In this document: piece by piece, positions 29,376 through 38,397 of the stretch
Numbering within the stretch: the first letter of the stretch is position 1
How the letters are laid out: every line of letters starts with the position of its first letter
NCBI GenBank assembly: GCA_030704665.1
Contig: JAUYID010000009.1
Span: forward strand, 793,702-857,701
Direction: 5' to 3'
DNA length: 64,000 nt
Source of the DNA: a bacterium
GTDB taxonomy: Bacteria > Patescibacteriota > Microgenomatia > Woykebacterales > RBG-16-39-9b
Notes under the pieces: generated by a model
What the model was told of the DNA's origin: nothing
Seen by the model: the letters and a program-made list of their open reading frames with translations, nothing else
The model's database searches: none
Position numbers and translations under genes: made by a program

Positions 29376-29774
29376 GTGAAAATTCTGCCGCTACTTGAAT
29401 CGAGAAATGGTTTCGGGGTCCTTCTTTCTCTCGCTCTTTTCCTTTCAGCACTTATTACCAGCCTGCTTGCATTAAACACACGCAGCATTTATTCTCTTGC
29501 CGCCGCGGAAACACCCCTTGCCGCTTGCTATATCTCCCCAACTCCAAGTTCGGTGGGAGAGGATTTTAATATTTTCGGCTCAGGGTTGCCTAGCTCAAGT
29601 CCTTTATCTCTCAAAATGTCGGAGTCAGGAAACCAAACCTTCCTCTCTTCCCTAACCAACCCATCAGGAGAGCTTGCCGCAACTTGGCATTCAAATTTTG
29701 GTGGTACCGCCATCATTTACATTTATGATTCTTCTGGAACCCTTCTAACCAGCTGTTCTTTTGAAGTACTCTAA
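29376..29774 (+). CDS. Membrane-anchored hypothetical protein (small beta-sandwich)
   Basis: TTGACA-17-TACGAT-6nt-GTG start; TM helix; Cys pair. Confidence 0.68.
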   Translation: MKILPLLESRNGFGVLLSLALFLSALITSLLALNTRSIYSLAAAETPLAACYISPTPSSVGEDFNIFGSGLPSSSPLSLKMSESGNQTFLSSLTNPSGELAATWHSNFGGTAIIYIYDSSGTLLTSCSFEVL

Positions 29775-29775
29775 T

Positions 29776-30939
29776 CTATTTTCCGGCGGAGAGAGTTTTT
29801 GCTGAAGAGTAATTCTTCTGAAGCGTCAACAAGACGGCTCCCAGTCCAAAAAGTAAAACAAAGAAAGCAACTATCCCTGAAACAATAGGGACAAAGCTAA
29901 TAATTGTAAAGACAACCAGTCCCAGAAAAAAGGTTAAAAACCTTCCTGCCTGGCGGCCGCCTTGGTTGAGAAGAGCCTGACCAGCCCAGTAAACAACAAA
30001 GATTCGCACTACAAACAAACTTATCAAGTAAAGTGCGAGAAGAATCAGAGCAAGAGGAATCCCAACGATCGAAATCAACAGAAGCACAAAAGCAATTGGG
30101 GTCAGTATCAACGCCAAAAGCCCAAAACCGAGAGAGGCAAGTGGTCTTGCTTTCAGTGTTGCGACCGTTTCGTCGGCAAATTTTGGGAAAAAATGAAGCA
30201 AAAGAAACCCGAGAATCAAAATAGAAACAAAACTAATTATTTTCAAAAAGAGATTTACCCCCGCCAAAACTCCCAAAACCTTTTCTGTAGAAACCTGGGT
30301 TCGGGCAGGAAAAGTTTTCTTGGAAACAGTGCCTGCTACTTTCGCGTTTGAATCCAAAGAGAGATCGCGGTCACTCCAGTAGGTTATACTTCCACCTACT
30401 TTAGCTTTTGAGGTCAGACGTAGTTGCCCCGTCCCTGCATTTATATCACCGCCAACGGAATTCGAAATTGTTACATTTCCTGCACCCAGATAAACATCTT
30501 TAGCAATGCTTCCGGCTAAACTTAAATTTCCGGCTCCCGCCACTACCCCACCGGAAACTTCAGACTCCCCAGTCAAATCGACATTTCCTCCTCCAACAGT
30601 CAGGTTGCGACCAAGCTTTCCGCTGATAGAAACTTGTCCACCAGCCACACGCACATCTTGACTGACCTGCCCGGAGATTGTGACTGTACCACCAGCGGCG
30701 ATGACGTCTCCATTAACCTTGCCGTCAATGAGGACTTGACCGGCGAAAGCATAAAGATCCCCGTTAATAGTTCCGGAAATTTCTGCACTATCACCAAAAG
30801 CAAAATAGTCTTTTTCAACTGTTTCTCCGGACGCAACGACAACTCTTTTGGGGGTTTCTTCTTTGGAATCCTTAGCAAAGGAGACAGGGGCAATGAAGAG
30901 CAAACTCAGCGCAGATAAAGCCAACAAAACCTTTTTCAT
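29776..30939 (-). CDS. Bactofilin-like beta-helix repeat protein with C-terminal TM bundle
   Basis: Signal peptide; repeated GxVxGD(V/L)xAxGGxVxI; four to five C-terminal TM helices. Confidence 0.8.
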   Translation of the reverse strand: MKKVLLALSALSLLFIAPVSFAKDSKEETPKRVVVASGETVEKDYFAFGDSAEISGTINGDLYAFAGQVLIDGKVNGDVIAAGGTVTISGQVSQDVRVAGGQVSISGKLGRNLTVGGGNVDLTGESEVSGGVVAGAGNLSLAGSIAKDVYLGAGNVTISNSVGGDINAGTGQLRLTSKAKVGGSITYWSDRDLSLDSNAKVAGTVSKKTFPARTQVSTEKVLGVLAGVNLFLKIISFVSILILGFLLLHFFPKFADETVATLKARPLASLGFGLLALILTPIAFVLLLISIVGIPLALILLALYLISLFVVRIFVVYWAGQALLNQGGRQAGRFLTFFLGLVVFTIISFVPIVSGIVAFFVLLFGLGAVLLTLQKNYSSAKTLSAGK

Positions 30940-30992
30940 CTCGGCAAGCTTAAGTTTTAATTGACTAAATTGTCAATAGCCAAGGGAGCAAA

Positions 30993-31455
30993 TTAGTTTA
31001 GTTCCACTTTGTATTGCAAGGCTTCGGCGAGATGCGAGGGGGTAATTTTTTCTTTGGCATCAAGGTCAGCAATCGTTCGCGAGACTTTAAGAATACGGTA
31101 AAAACTGCGGGCGGAAAGATTCATTTTGTTGATCGCCGCCGAAATGAGTTCTCGACACTCTGGCTCAAGACGACAAAATTCTTTGACTTGTCTCGCAGTC
31201 ATCTCGGCGTTAGAAACGATACCAGTACTCTTGAAACGTTTTTCTTGCTCGTTTCTGGCTAGTTGCACTCTTTTCCGGATTTGGGCCGAGCTTTCACCAG
31301 CTGGTATATCAAGCAAATCTTTGGTTTTCACAGCCGGAACACTGATGTGCAAGTCAATACGGTCGAGAATCGGCCCGGAAATTCTCTTTTGATAGCGGGT
31401 TACTTGTCCGGGCAAACAGGTGCATTCTTTGGTTGTATCACCAAAGAAACCGCAG
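30993..31455 (-). pseudogene. comM: comM/yifB 3' fragment, now fused in frame to the serine integrase
   Basis: (P)CGFFGD...CTC...YQKRISGPILDRIDLH...SARSFYRILKVSRTIADL...HLAEALQY is the Mg-chelatase-like ComM C-terminus. Confidence 0.93.
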
Positions 31456-33149
31456 GGATGTGGCTTTACATAAAGACCTACAGAGGCTCCAGAGTCGTAT
31501 TTATAAACAATCTCGACCCGACCTCTGAAAATAAACACCTTATCAATAATCCTTCCGACCATTTCCTTCCGAACCATGGGTTCAGTCGCCGCTTCAAACA
31601 TTTCAAGTAACTGCCTTAAAGTTGAAAGAACATCCTTTCGTTTTACCTGGTCGTTAATTAGAAATTGTATTTTTTCAACTTCTTGTTCTAACAGAGCTCT
31701 TTCATTTTTTTGTACTTCGTACCGCCTATCAAACACATCGCGAATTATTCCTCCATCCTCAAACAGTTCTACCAACCTATCAACTTTACTATCGTATTCC
31801 TGTAGGTGTTTTTGGGCAACCTTAAAATGAGCCGTTAGTGATCCAGTTGATTGTGCTTCCTCCAAAGACAATTCGTTACTAACATCCTCCTGTCGGAGCT
31901 CTTTCAACCTGGTTTTCAATTTTGTGAGCACGAGATGTTCCAGTTTTGGGGCCGCCAAAAGATGTCTTCTACAAGTATTACCTCTGACGTAACTACTATC
32001 AATGAAGTCGCTTCTTACATAAACCTGACCATTCGGTTTCTTAGCCCTTCTGGTTTTCAGATAGGCCCTCTTTTGGCAATCACCGCACCATATTTTTCCA
32101 GCCAGCAATGAATCCGAAGCAAGTTGTCTACCAGTAACTTTAGATCTTGATTTCACCCTGTCTTGAATCTTATTGAAAGTAGCCTCATCAATAATACTCG
32201 GAACGTTTTTAGCTTCTTGTTGTACCCACCTATCAGGAGCAGTAAATACTCGTTTTTGTTTGCCGCTAACTGTTTTTCCTTGTTTGTATTTACTTCCGAG
32301 TTTCCGACCCCATCTCACTTTCCCAACCAAAGCGGGGTTGGTTAAAATGTTTTTTATTGTCGCAGACGACCAACTCCCTGGGCCCAGTTTACCTGTCGGG
32401 GAAGGGATTTTATCTCCAACAAGACTAAAAGCAATTTTACGAAAACTTCCACTAGAGAGGTATTCATCAACAATACGTTTAGCCACAACCGCTTTTGAAG
32501 GAATTAACTCAAAATGCCAATCGTACACCTGCTTACCATCAGCAAGAGTTTCAATCTTTGGTACTTTTTTAAGCCAAAAGGGAGCGAACACCATCTTGCC
32601 TCTTTCGGCTAATCCTCTGAATCCAGACCTAACTCTTTCACCCCGTGTTACGTTCTCTTGTTGGTCTTGGACTCCCGCTAAGGCGGCTGTCATCTGTTGG
32701 ACATAATTACCACCCCAGTAGTAATCAGTAGGTGTAATTGGTTCAACCGCAACGTTTCTCATGTAAACTTGGATGTTTGCAGTTTGAGCTAATCTCCTGT
32801 GAAACCTAAGAATTAAATCTGCTTCCCTTGCTAACCTTGATGAGTGGTAAACAAGTACGATGTCAAACTTTCGGAGTAAGCTATTTAGCGGTTTTACATC
32901 CTCCAGTAAACTTGCGGCTGCGGGTCTGTCTTCAAACTCAATATCACCGAATACCCCTGGCTCGATGTAGGGCTCAACAAAAGCCCAACCTCTCTGTTCA
33001 CAAATATCTTTTGCCCATTTTACTTGGTCAAAAATTGAAACTTTTTCCTCGGCAGCTTGGTCTAACGTGCTAACACGGGCATAAACCACCGCTTTTAAGG
33101 TCGGGGCTTGTATTGTCGGTCTGTAGCCTAAATTTAGTCCATCCTCCAT
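30993..33149 (-). CDS. Large serine recombinase (integrase), read through into the ComM C-terminus
   Basis: VYARVST catalytic Ser; SRLAR; recombinase domain WSSATIKNILTNP; LLAGKIWCGDC Zn ribbon; coiled coil; ATG 33149 preceded by AAGGAG. Confidence 0.93.
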   Translation of the reverse strand: MEDGLNLGYRPTIQAPTLKAVVYARVSTLDQAAEEKVSIFDQVKWAKDICEQRGWAFVEPYIEPGVFGDIEFEDRPAAASLLEDVKPLNSLLRKFDIVLVYHSSRLAREADLILRFHRRLAQTANIQVYMRNVAVEPITPTDYYWGGNYVQQMTAALAGVQDQQENVTRGERVRSGFRGLAERGKMVFAPFWLKKVPKIETLADGKQVYDWHFELIPSKAVVAKRIVDEYLSSGSFRKIAFSLVGDKIPSPTGKLGPGSWSSATIKNILTNPALVGKVRWGRKLGSKYKQGKTVSGKQKRVFTAPDRWVQQEAKNVPSIIDEATFNKIQDRVKSRSKVTGRQLASDSLLAGKIWCGDCQKRAYLKTRRAKKPNGQVYVRSDFIDSSYVRGNTCRRHLLAAPKLEHLVLTKLKTRLKELRQEDVSNELSLEEAQSTGSLTAHFKVAQKHLQEYDSKVDRLVELFEDGGIIRDVFDRRYEVQKNERALLEQEVEKIQFLINDQVKRKDVLSTLRQLLEMFEAATEPMVRKEMVGRIIDKVFIFRGRVEIVYKYDSGASVGLYVKPHPCGFFGDTTKECTCLPGQVTRYQKRISGPILDRIDLHISVPAVKTKDLLDIPAGESSAQIRKRVQLARNEQEKRFKSTGIVSNAEMTARQVKEFCRLEPECRELISAAINKMNLSARSFYRILKVSRTIADLDAKEKITPSHLAEALQYKVELN
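31456..31478. repeat. Left attachment junction: core GG 31456-31457 plus arm TACATAAAGACC 31467-31478
   Basis: Arm is the exact reverse complement of GGTCTTTATGTA at 40332-40343; 9-nt spacer to the core on both sides. Confidence 0.9.
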
Positions 33150-33190
33150 CTGTCTTTGCTCCTTATTAACTATGTGGCGGCCACACAGCT

Positions 33191-33367
33191 TTAGTGTTGG
33201 GACATAAATTCCAACAAGTCGTCTTTCTTGAATCGGAGAGTCCGACCGTGTTTGTAACCCTTGAGTCCTTTTTTCAGCCACCAACGTCGGAGTGTTTCGT
33301 AATGAACACCCAACATGGTAGCGGCTTCTCGAAGGGTTAGGAATTCTTTTTCGACTGGTTTAGACAT
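33191..33367 (-). CDS. Excisionase-like HTH_17 DNA-binding protein (58 aa; not in ORF track)
   Basis: MSKPVEKEFLTLREAATMLGVHYETLRRWWLKKGLKGYKHGRTLRFKKDDLLEFMSQH; AAGGAG RBS. Confidence 0.88.
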   Translation of the reverse strand: MSKPVEKEFLTLREAATMLGVHYETLRRWWLKKGLKGYKHGRTLRFKKDDLLEFMSQH

Positions 33368-33395
33368 TTTGATTACTCCTTAATTAAATAATACA

Positions 33396-33590
33396 TCACT
33401 TGTCAATGCTGTTATCTACTTGTTTACTAGCCTCAAGAGCCGACAGAGCTAGCTGTGTGAAATTTCGTTTTCCGACCTGATTAAAATTATCAACCACGTC
33501 TTGAGACGAGCAGACAGAACACCCACACCCAGATTTTGCCAAGTCGTCAAGTGTCTGCCGCTTCTTATCTACCAAAGTCCCTCGTCTCAT
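33396..33590 (-). CDS. Small hypothetical protein (CxCxxC)
   Basis: 64 aa; ATGA overlap with the helicase stop. Confidence 0.55.
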   Translation of the reverse strand: MRRGTLVDKKRQTLDDLAKSGCGCSVCSSQDVVDNFNQVGKRNFTQLALSALEASKQVDNSIDK

Positions 33591-35062
33591 AACCCCCTCC
33601 TGCTTAACTCTTGGTACGAAGTCTCTAGTTCTTGACCGATTAAATTACGATTTGGATTATCATCAGGAGCGGCTTCATATTGTTCTAACAAAGTGTTAAT
33701 CCTGGACTGTAACTCCTCAACCGATAATTTTTTAACGTCAAAGTTTACCCCACCATGCCACTCACTATATTGTTTTGACGTTTCCTTACCTGTCGAAACA
33801 TTGGGTCGGGTAGTAGGGTAAGTTAGTTTTTCTCTTTTGTTTAGAGGGTTTTCCTCCTGATAAATCAGCCCAGAAGTCTCTAAAACAGGAATGATTTGCT
33901 GTCTTAGCTGCCAGTCCGCCAAGTGTCGCTGGTAAACTTCAAAGTGCTTTTTCAGGATTTCGTTTCTTGATACCCCAAGTTTTACCCCACCCCCTAACTC
34001 ACTATATTTATCGGTATAGGCGGGGACGATCACTTCCTTAAAAAGGTTAAAGACATAAGGTGGTAAGTTTAACTCCTGGCTTTCCGAAATCGAATCCCAA
34101 AGCTTGAATGCTTCCCGAACATCGTCCTCGTTGGCAACAAGTAATCCGTTTTGTCTTTCCCTGAACCACAAGTTAAGCAACGCAAAGGTTTTTATCAGGT
34201 TGATGATGCGGCCGACATCCCGTTGGTGGCGGGGTTTGTAAATCTTAATCCTGTCGGAAAGCAGTTTTTGAATCAGTTGCGGCGAAGCGATCTTGACGTC
34301 TTTGATCCCAGCTTGCTTGATAGCCTTGATACGGTCTTTTAGCATTTTTCTGACTGGGTCGAGGTCTAGGCTGCTTTGGTACTCGGTAACGTTTGATTCT
34401 CGTTTAATCCGCTCCGATATAGCTTCACGGATTTTTTCTTGATTCGTTTCTGGTGAAAGTAACAGGAACCTCGTGGTTTCTTGCTCATCGAGGTTTAGCC
34501 CAACTGTGCAAAAGATGACCACAGGGAAACCGATCAATTTTATATTCTTTGTCCTTAAACCCTGCCGTTGATTCTTGTCCGTAATTTTCAGTTCGATTAC
34601 CTTTTTGTCGTGTGAAAGTAGCGGCCTTAAATGTTCCAACAGTTGCGTGTGGGGTTGGTCTAGGAATATCAAAATTTTACGTGACAAGTCAGCCCTGTAA
34701 CTTTTAGACTCTGGGTCGTAAGAGCTTTGATCGTGAAAGAAAGCTGTTGGTGAACAATAACCAACTTCAACCACATCCTCCTCTGGAAACAATTTGGCAA
34801 TCTCCATCGGGATAAAGCTTTTGCCGCTTGAGGACGGTGCGTTGAAGGAGATGTTTAGCTGAGCGTCTTCCGTGTAACAAGAGAGCTGGGTCAGGAAAGT
34901 AATAAGCTTGTTTACCTCGTCCTTTTTAATCGTCAGACCAAGTATTTTTATCAGTTCTTGGCTAGTGATGGGCCCAAACTGGGACACGTCAATTTGTTCC
35001 TCTTGCTTCTGCTCAACCTCTTGTTCGGCTTTATCAATCAGATCAAAGGCTTCGTCGCTCAT
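33587..35062 (-). CDS. P-loop AAA+ ATPase, putative replicative helicase of the element
   Basis: Walker A APSSSGKS, Walker-B-like ILIFLDQ, TTRFLL; coupled to the CHC2 zinc-finger gene. Confidence 0.72.
   Translation of the reverse strand: MSDEAFDLIDKAEQEVEQKQEEQIDVSQFGPITSQELIKILGLTIKKDEVNKLITFLTQLSCYTEDAQLNISFNAPSSSGKSFIPMEIAKLFPEEDVVEVGYCSPTAFFHDQSSYDPESKSYRADLSRKILIFLDQPHTQLLEHLRPLLSHDKKVIELKITDKNQRQGLRTKNIKLIGFPVVIFCTVGLNLDEQETTRFLLLSPETNQEKIREAISERIKRESNVTEYQSSLDLDPVRKMLKDRIKAIKQAGIKDVKIASPQLIQKLLSDRIKIYKPRHQRDVGRIINLIKTFALLNLWFRERQNGLLVANEDDVREAFKLWDSISESQELNLPPYVFNLFKEVIVPAYTDKYSELGGGVKLGVSRNEILKKHFEVYQRHLADWQLRQQIIPVLETSGLIYQEENPLNKREKLTYPTTRPNVSTGKETSKQYSEWHGGVNFDVKKLSVEELQSRINTLLEQYEAAPDDNPNRNLIGQELETSYQELSRRGL
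33744..34008 (-). repeat. 28-bp repeat copies A (33744-33771) and B (33981-34008) inside the helicase gene
   Basis: AATATAGTGAGTGGCATGGTGGGGTAAA and AATATAGTGAGTTAGGGGGTGGGGTAAA. Confidence 0.85.
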
Positions 35063-35610
35063 GCCAGCCTCCTAACCGCGACCTTGAACTCCAAGTTTTC
35101 CAACCTCATCAGTAGATCAAGGCTGTCTCCACCCTGGTTGCAGCCGAAGCAGTACCAAGAGTTGTTGTGGGTGTAAATTGTGAAGGATGGGGTTTTTTCT
35201 TGGTGAAGTGGGCAAAGTCCCACAAATCTACTTCTGCTCACTTTTCTCAGTTTTCCAGCGAAAAGTTCTTCTATGGGGATTTGTCGGGCGGTTTCAACTT
35301 TCCTTTCCCAATCTTTGTTCTCACCTTTGTTGAGAAGTAGCATGGCACGATCAATGCTTTTACGTTCTTTTTTGATCCTGGCTAGCCATGAGGCGGTTCG
35401 ATAGGTCGCTATCCTAGTAAGGAACCAACTAACGAACTCATCATACTTTTGGTAGCTTCTTTTTGCGGCGGCGACTTTCAAGTCCAGCAGGGCTTGGGTT
35501 TTTTCCTCATCCTCATTCAGACTCCAGGCCTTTTCATTCAGGACAGGAACGGCGTCTTTACCAAAGACTTCGACCGCTTCCAACAAGGAGACTTTATTAC
35601 TTTCCATCAC
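35059..35610 (-). CDS. CHC2 zinc-finger protein (DnaG-type Zn-binding domain, no TOPRIM)
   Basis: CPLHQEKTPSF...WYCFGC...GGD at the C-terminus. Confidence 0.88.
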   Translation of the reverse strand: MMESNKVSLLEAVEVFGKDAVPVLNEKAWSLNEDEEKTQALLDLKVAAAKRSYQKYDEFVSWFLTRIATYRTASWLARIKKERKSIDRAMLLLNKGENKDWERKVETARQIPIEELFAGKLRKVSRSRFVGLCPLHQEKTPSFTIYTHNNSWYCFGCNQGGDSLDLLMRLENLEFKVAVRRLA

Positions 35611-35797
35611 CGTCTCCTTCCTCAGAGTTTGGGACTAGAACATAACCCTTGCCTCCACAGCCTTGGCAGATTTTTGAACCAAACTTGACCGTACCGAAGC
35701 CATTGCAAACCACACACCGAAACGGGACGAACTTTGGTCTAACTTGGACGTTTTCAGGGTTGTCGTTATTCTGTCTGTCCATCTTTTCCTCCAACAA
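35597..35797 (-). CDS. Small zinc-finger protein with DnaJ-type CxxCxGxG repeats
   Basis: CVVCNGFG...CQGCGGKG. Confidence 0.65.
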   Translation of the reverse strand: MLEEKMDRQNNDNPENVQVRPKFVPFRCVVCNGFGTVKFGSKICQGCGGKGYVLVPNSEEGDGDGK

Positions 35798-35986
35798 AAA
35801 AACAGGCCTAAAATTCTCATTTTTATTTTCATTCTTATTACTTGAGAATTTTTCGGTCTGCCTTTGGCAAACTGTGGGGGGATTTACGAGCCCTTGTCCT
35901 CTTTATTTATTTTTACTTTTATAAGTATACCATAGTGTCGCCATCCTTGCTTATGCTTGGTAGAAGTGCGATAATCTGGCCATCTT

Positions 35987-36886
35987 ATGCCAAAAATTAA
36001 CGCCGAGGAAATAAGAAAACTGTTTGAAGGTAAAAAGAAATTCTTTACTATCCCTATGGCCATAATCTTGGGTCTAGGTTTACTTCCAATCACAATCGGG
36101 TTAGGTATCGGCTACTTAGCTTACAAAAAGATTCCCAACACTACCCAAAGAAATGTTGCCCTGGGAGTCATTGCTTTAGTTACTTTGGGAGCCACCTTTG
36201 CTTGGTTTAACATGTCCTCCACCGAGCCTGAACCTCAACCTAGCCAACAAACAACACAATCAAATGAAACCAAAGAGAAAGCAAAGATTGAGAATGTCTT
36301 TAAGGTCACTAAGGTAGTTGACGGCGACACTATTGAAATTGAAGGTGGGAAACACGTCCGCTACATCGGGATTGATACTCCAGAAACAGTTGATCCCAGA
36401 AAAGAAGTCCAATGCTTTGGCCAGGAAGCCTCCGACAAAAACAAAGAGATGGTCGAAGGGAAAGAAGTTAGGCTTGAGAAAGATGTTTCCGAAACTGACA
36501 AATACGACCGACTCCTCCGTTACGTTTATGTTGGCGATACTTTTGTTAATGACAGCCTTGTTAGGCAAGGTTACGCTAGAGCTTCGTCTTACCCACCAGA
36601 CGTAAAACACCAAGACCAGTTCACCGAAGCAGAGAAGGAGGCTAGGGAAAACGATCGAGGCCTGTGGTCAGAATGTGAGAAAAAAGAGGAAGCAGCACCC
36701 CCAACAACAACCCCACCGCCAACAACTAGTGGGAATTGTGATCCTTCCTACCCTGATGTTTGTATTCCGAAGTACCCACCTGACCTAGACTGCGGCGACA
36801 TTACTTACAGGAAGTTTAAGGTCTTACCTCCTGACCCACATGGGTTTGACGGAAAGGACAACGACGGGGTCGGTTGTGAAAGTTGA
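35987..36886 (+). CDS. Membrane-anchored thermonuclease (SNase) with Excalibur-like Ca-binding tail
   Basis: TM helices; VVDGDT, VRYIGIDTPE, DKYDRLLRY, RGLW; DLDC...DGKDNDGVGCE. Confidence 0.9.
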   Translation: MPKINAEEIRKLFEGKKKFFTIPMAIILGLGLLPITIGLGIGYLAYKKIPNTTQRNVALGVIALVTLGATFAWFNMSSTEPEPQPSQQTTQSNETKEKAKIENVFKVTKVVDGDTIEIEGGKHVRYIGIDTPETVDPRKEVQCFGQEASDKNKEMVEGKEVRLEKDVSETDKYDRLLRYVYVGDTFVNDSLVRQGYARASSYPPDVKHQDQFTEAEKEARENDRGLWSECEKKEEAAPPTTTPPPTTSGNCDPSYPDVCIPKYPPDLDCGDITYRKFKVLPPDPHGFDGKDNDGVGCES

Positions 36887-37197
36887 TGGATTGGGGAATT
36901 TTTTTAATCGTCTTATTCTTTGGTTGGATAATAATAGCCTTCATTAACGACTCAAGATTTTCCAAAGATCATAAAATTCTAAGTAAGCTAACGATAGTAA
37001 TTGTGGGTATTGCTGCCCTTGTAATAGGTTTGGCTTGGGCAGAGGAGTCCCCACGAACTCCAACAAGAACTAGAAGTACCACACCTTACATTCAACAATC
37101 AGAACCAAGTGCACTCTGTCGAGATGGAACATTAAGTTACAGCTCCAATCGGCGGGGAACTTGCTCCCATCATGGCGGAGTAAGTGTTTGGTACTAA
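36883..37197 (+). CDS. DUF3761-like membrane protein
   Basis: Two TM helices; ALCRDGTLSYS...GTCSHHGGV. Confidence 0.8.
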   Translation: MMDWGIFLIVLFFGWIIIAFINDSRFSKDHKILSKLTIVIVGIAALVIGLAWAEESPRTPTRTRSTTPYIQQSEPSALCRDGTLSYSSNRRGTCSHHGGVSVWY

Positions 37198-37210
37198 TTA
37201 AGGAAATACT

Positions 37211-38311
37211 ATGACTGACGATGAGATTTTGAAATTAAGAAAAGAATACAAACTCCACGAAGTCGTTGAAGACAGACTGGTGAAGTTGTTTAAGGAACTT
37301 TCTCCAACGAACTACACCTTGAAAGAAGGGATTGGCCTTACAAGCGGCCGCACCGACACAAGCCACTATATCGGAGGCGGAAAAATAATTCACGTTGAGG
37401 TAATAGCCTCCGCCAACATGGTTGCTAAGGATTTACTTAATCTCCACCAGAGTGTCGCCGACGGTAAGGTTGTTGTGTTGATGGATGAGGAAATTGATCC
37501 AACAGTAACCAAGGAGTATTTTTCGGATCATGCCACCGACAGGTTTCCCAGACTTTCAATCAGCGAAGTTCTGGACGAGGACAAGAAAGAGGCTGTTCTT
37601 GTAAAGCTAGCCGACATTGTCCAGGAAATTGACAAAACCACCGTTAAGTTCAAAAACGAATCACAGAAAAAGTTTGACCAATTCCTCAAGGACTTGAACC
37701 GACAAGGAGAGTTGATAACCTATGACTTCGGGTTTTTCCCTAGAAAAAATTTGGGGGTTTTCCAGAAACTCTCGGACGCAGAAAAACTCTATCACGAGCT
37801 AGACCCACTTGGATTTTCCGCCGCCGCAGGTCTTCATAGAGGGTATGGTTTATCGTGGGAGTTCGGGAACGACGGTAAGTTTTTGCGGTTAGGATACTCT
37901 GACAAGGACAACAACTTGATCCCCTTTGTCTCTGTTGGAGACTACGGTGAGGTAATTCACACCAGCTCCTACCACAAGGAGGGCTTTACCGAAATTCATA
38001 AACCTACACTCCTAAGCTTGTTGAATCCCGTAGTTGAATTTTACAAAGAGCTAGTCAAAAAGAAAGGCTACAAAGGAATGGTGGATGTAATCGCACACTT
38101 TAGCGGTTTCGAAGGTCTGAAGTGGGTAACTACCAATGACCCCGCCGCACTAATAATTAGAGGTAAAGCCTTCTACAGCGATGAAATTACTTGTCCAGTA
38201 TTCTCAATTACAGCAGAGGATTTGCAGAAGCCTGAGAAAGTCCAAAGTTTAATTGGTGAGATGCTCCTAGTCTTGGAGAGAAACAGCAATAAAATTCCTT
38301 GGAGCAGGTAG
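37211..38311 (+). CDS. Hypothetical cytoplasmic cargo protein (possible nuclease-like N-terminus)
   Basis: 366-aa ORF with AAGGA RBS; no confident family. Confidence 0.7.
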   Translation: MTDDEILKLRKEYKLHEVVEDRLVKLFKELSPTNYTLKEGIGLTSGRTDTSHYIGGGKIIHVEVIASANMVAKDLLNLHQSVADGKVVVLMDEEIDPTVTKEYFSDHATDRFPRLSISEVLDEDKKEAVLVKLADIVQEIDKTTVKFKNESQKKFDQFLKDLNRQGELITYDFGFFPRKNLGVFQKLSDAEKLYHELDPLGFSAAAGLHRGYGLSWEFGNDGKFLRLGYSDKDNNLIPFVSVGDYGEVIHTSSYHKEGFTEIHKPTLLSLLNPVVEFYKELVKKKGYKGMVDVIAHFSGFEGLKWVTTNDPAALIIRGKAFYSDEITCPVFSITAEDLQKPEKVQSLIGEMLLVLERNSNKIPWSR

Positions 38312-38397
38312 TATTCAGCACCTGCTATAATAAGTCAAACTGCCAGAATTACCTTACAAGCAAGTTAAAAGCTTGGTGTAAGTAGCGTAGCTACATT

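Noticed and set aside
33150-33284. N-terminal 45 aa of the 763-aa ORF (GTG 33284)
   Set aside because: It overlaps the Xis-like gene in another frame; ATG 33149 has an AAGGAG RBS and sits just before the catalytic domain.
30993-33284. A natural recombinase-Mg-chelatase multidomain protein family
   Set aside because: The C-terminal part is the displaced half of comM, and the fusion point coincides exactly with the att core.
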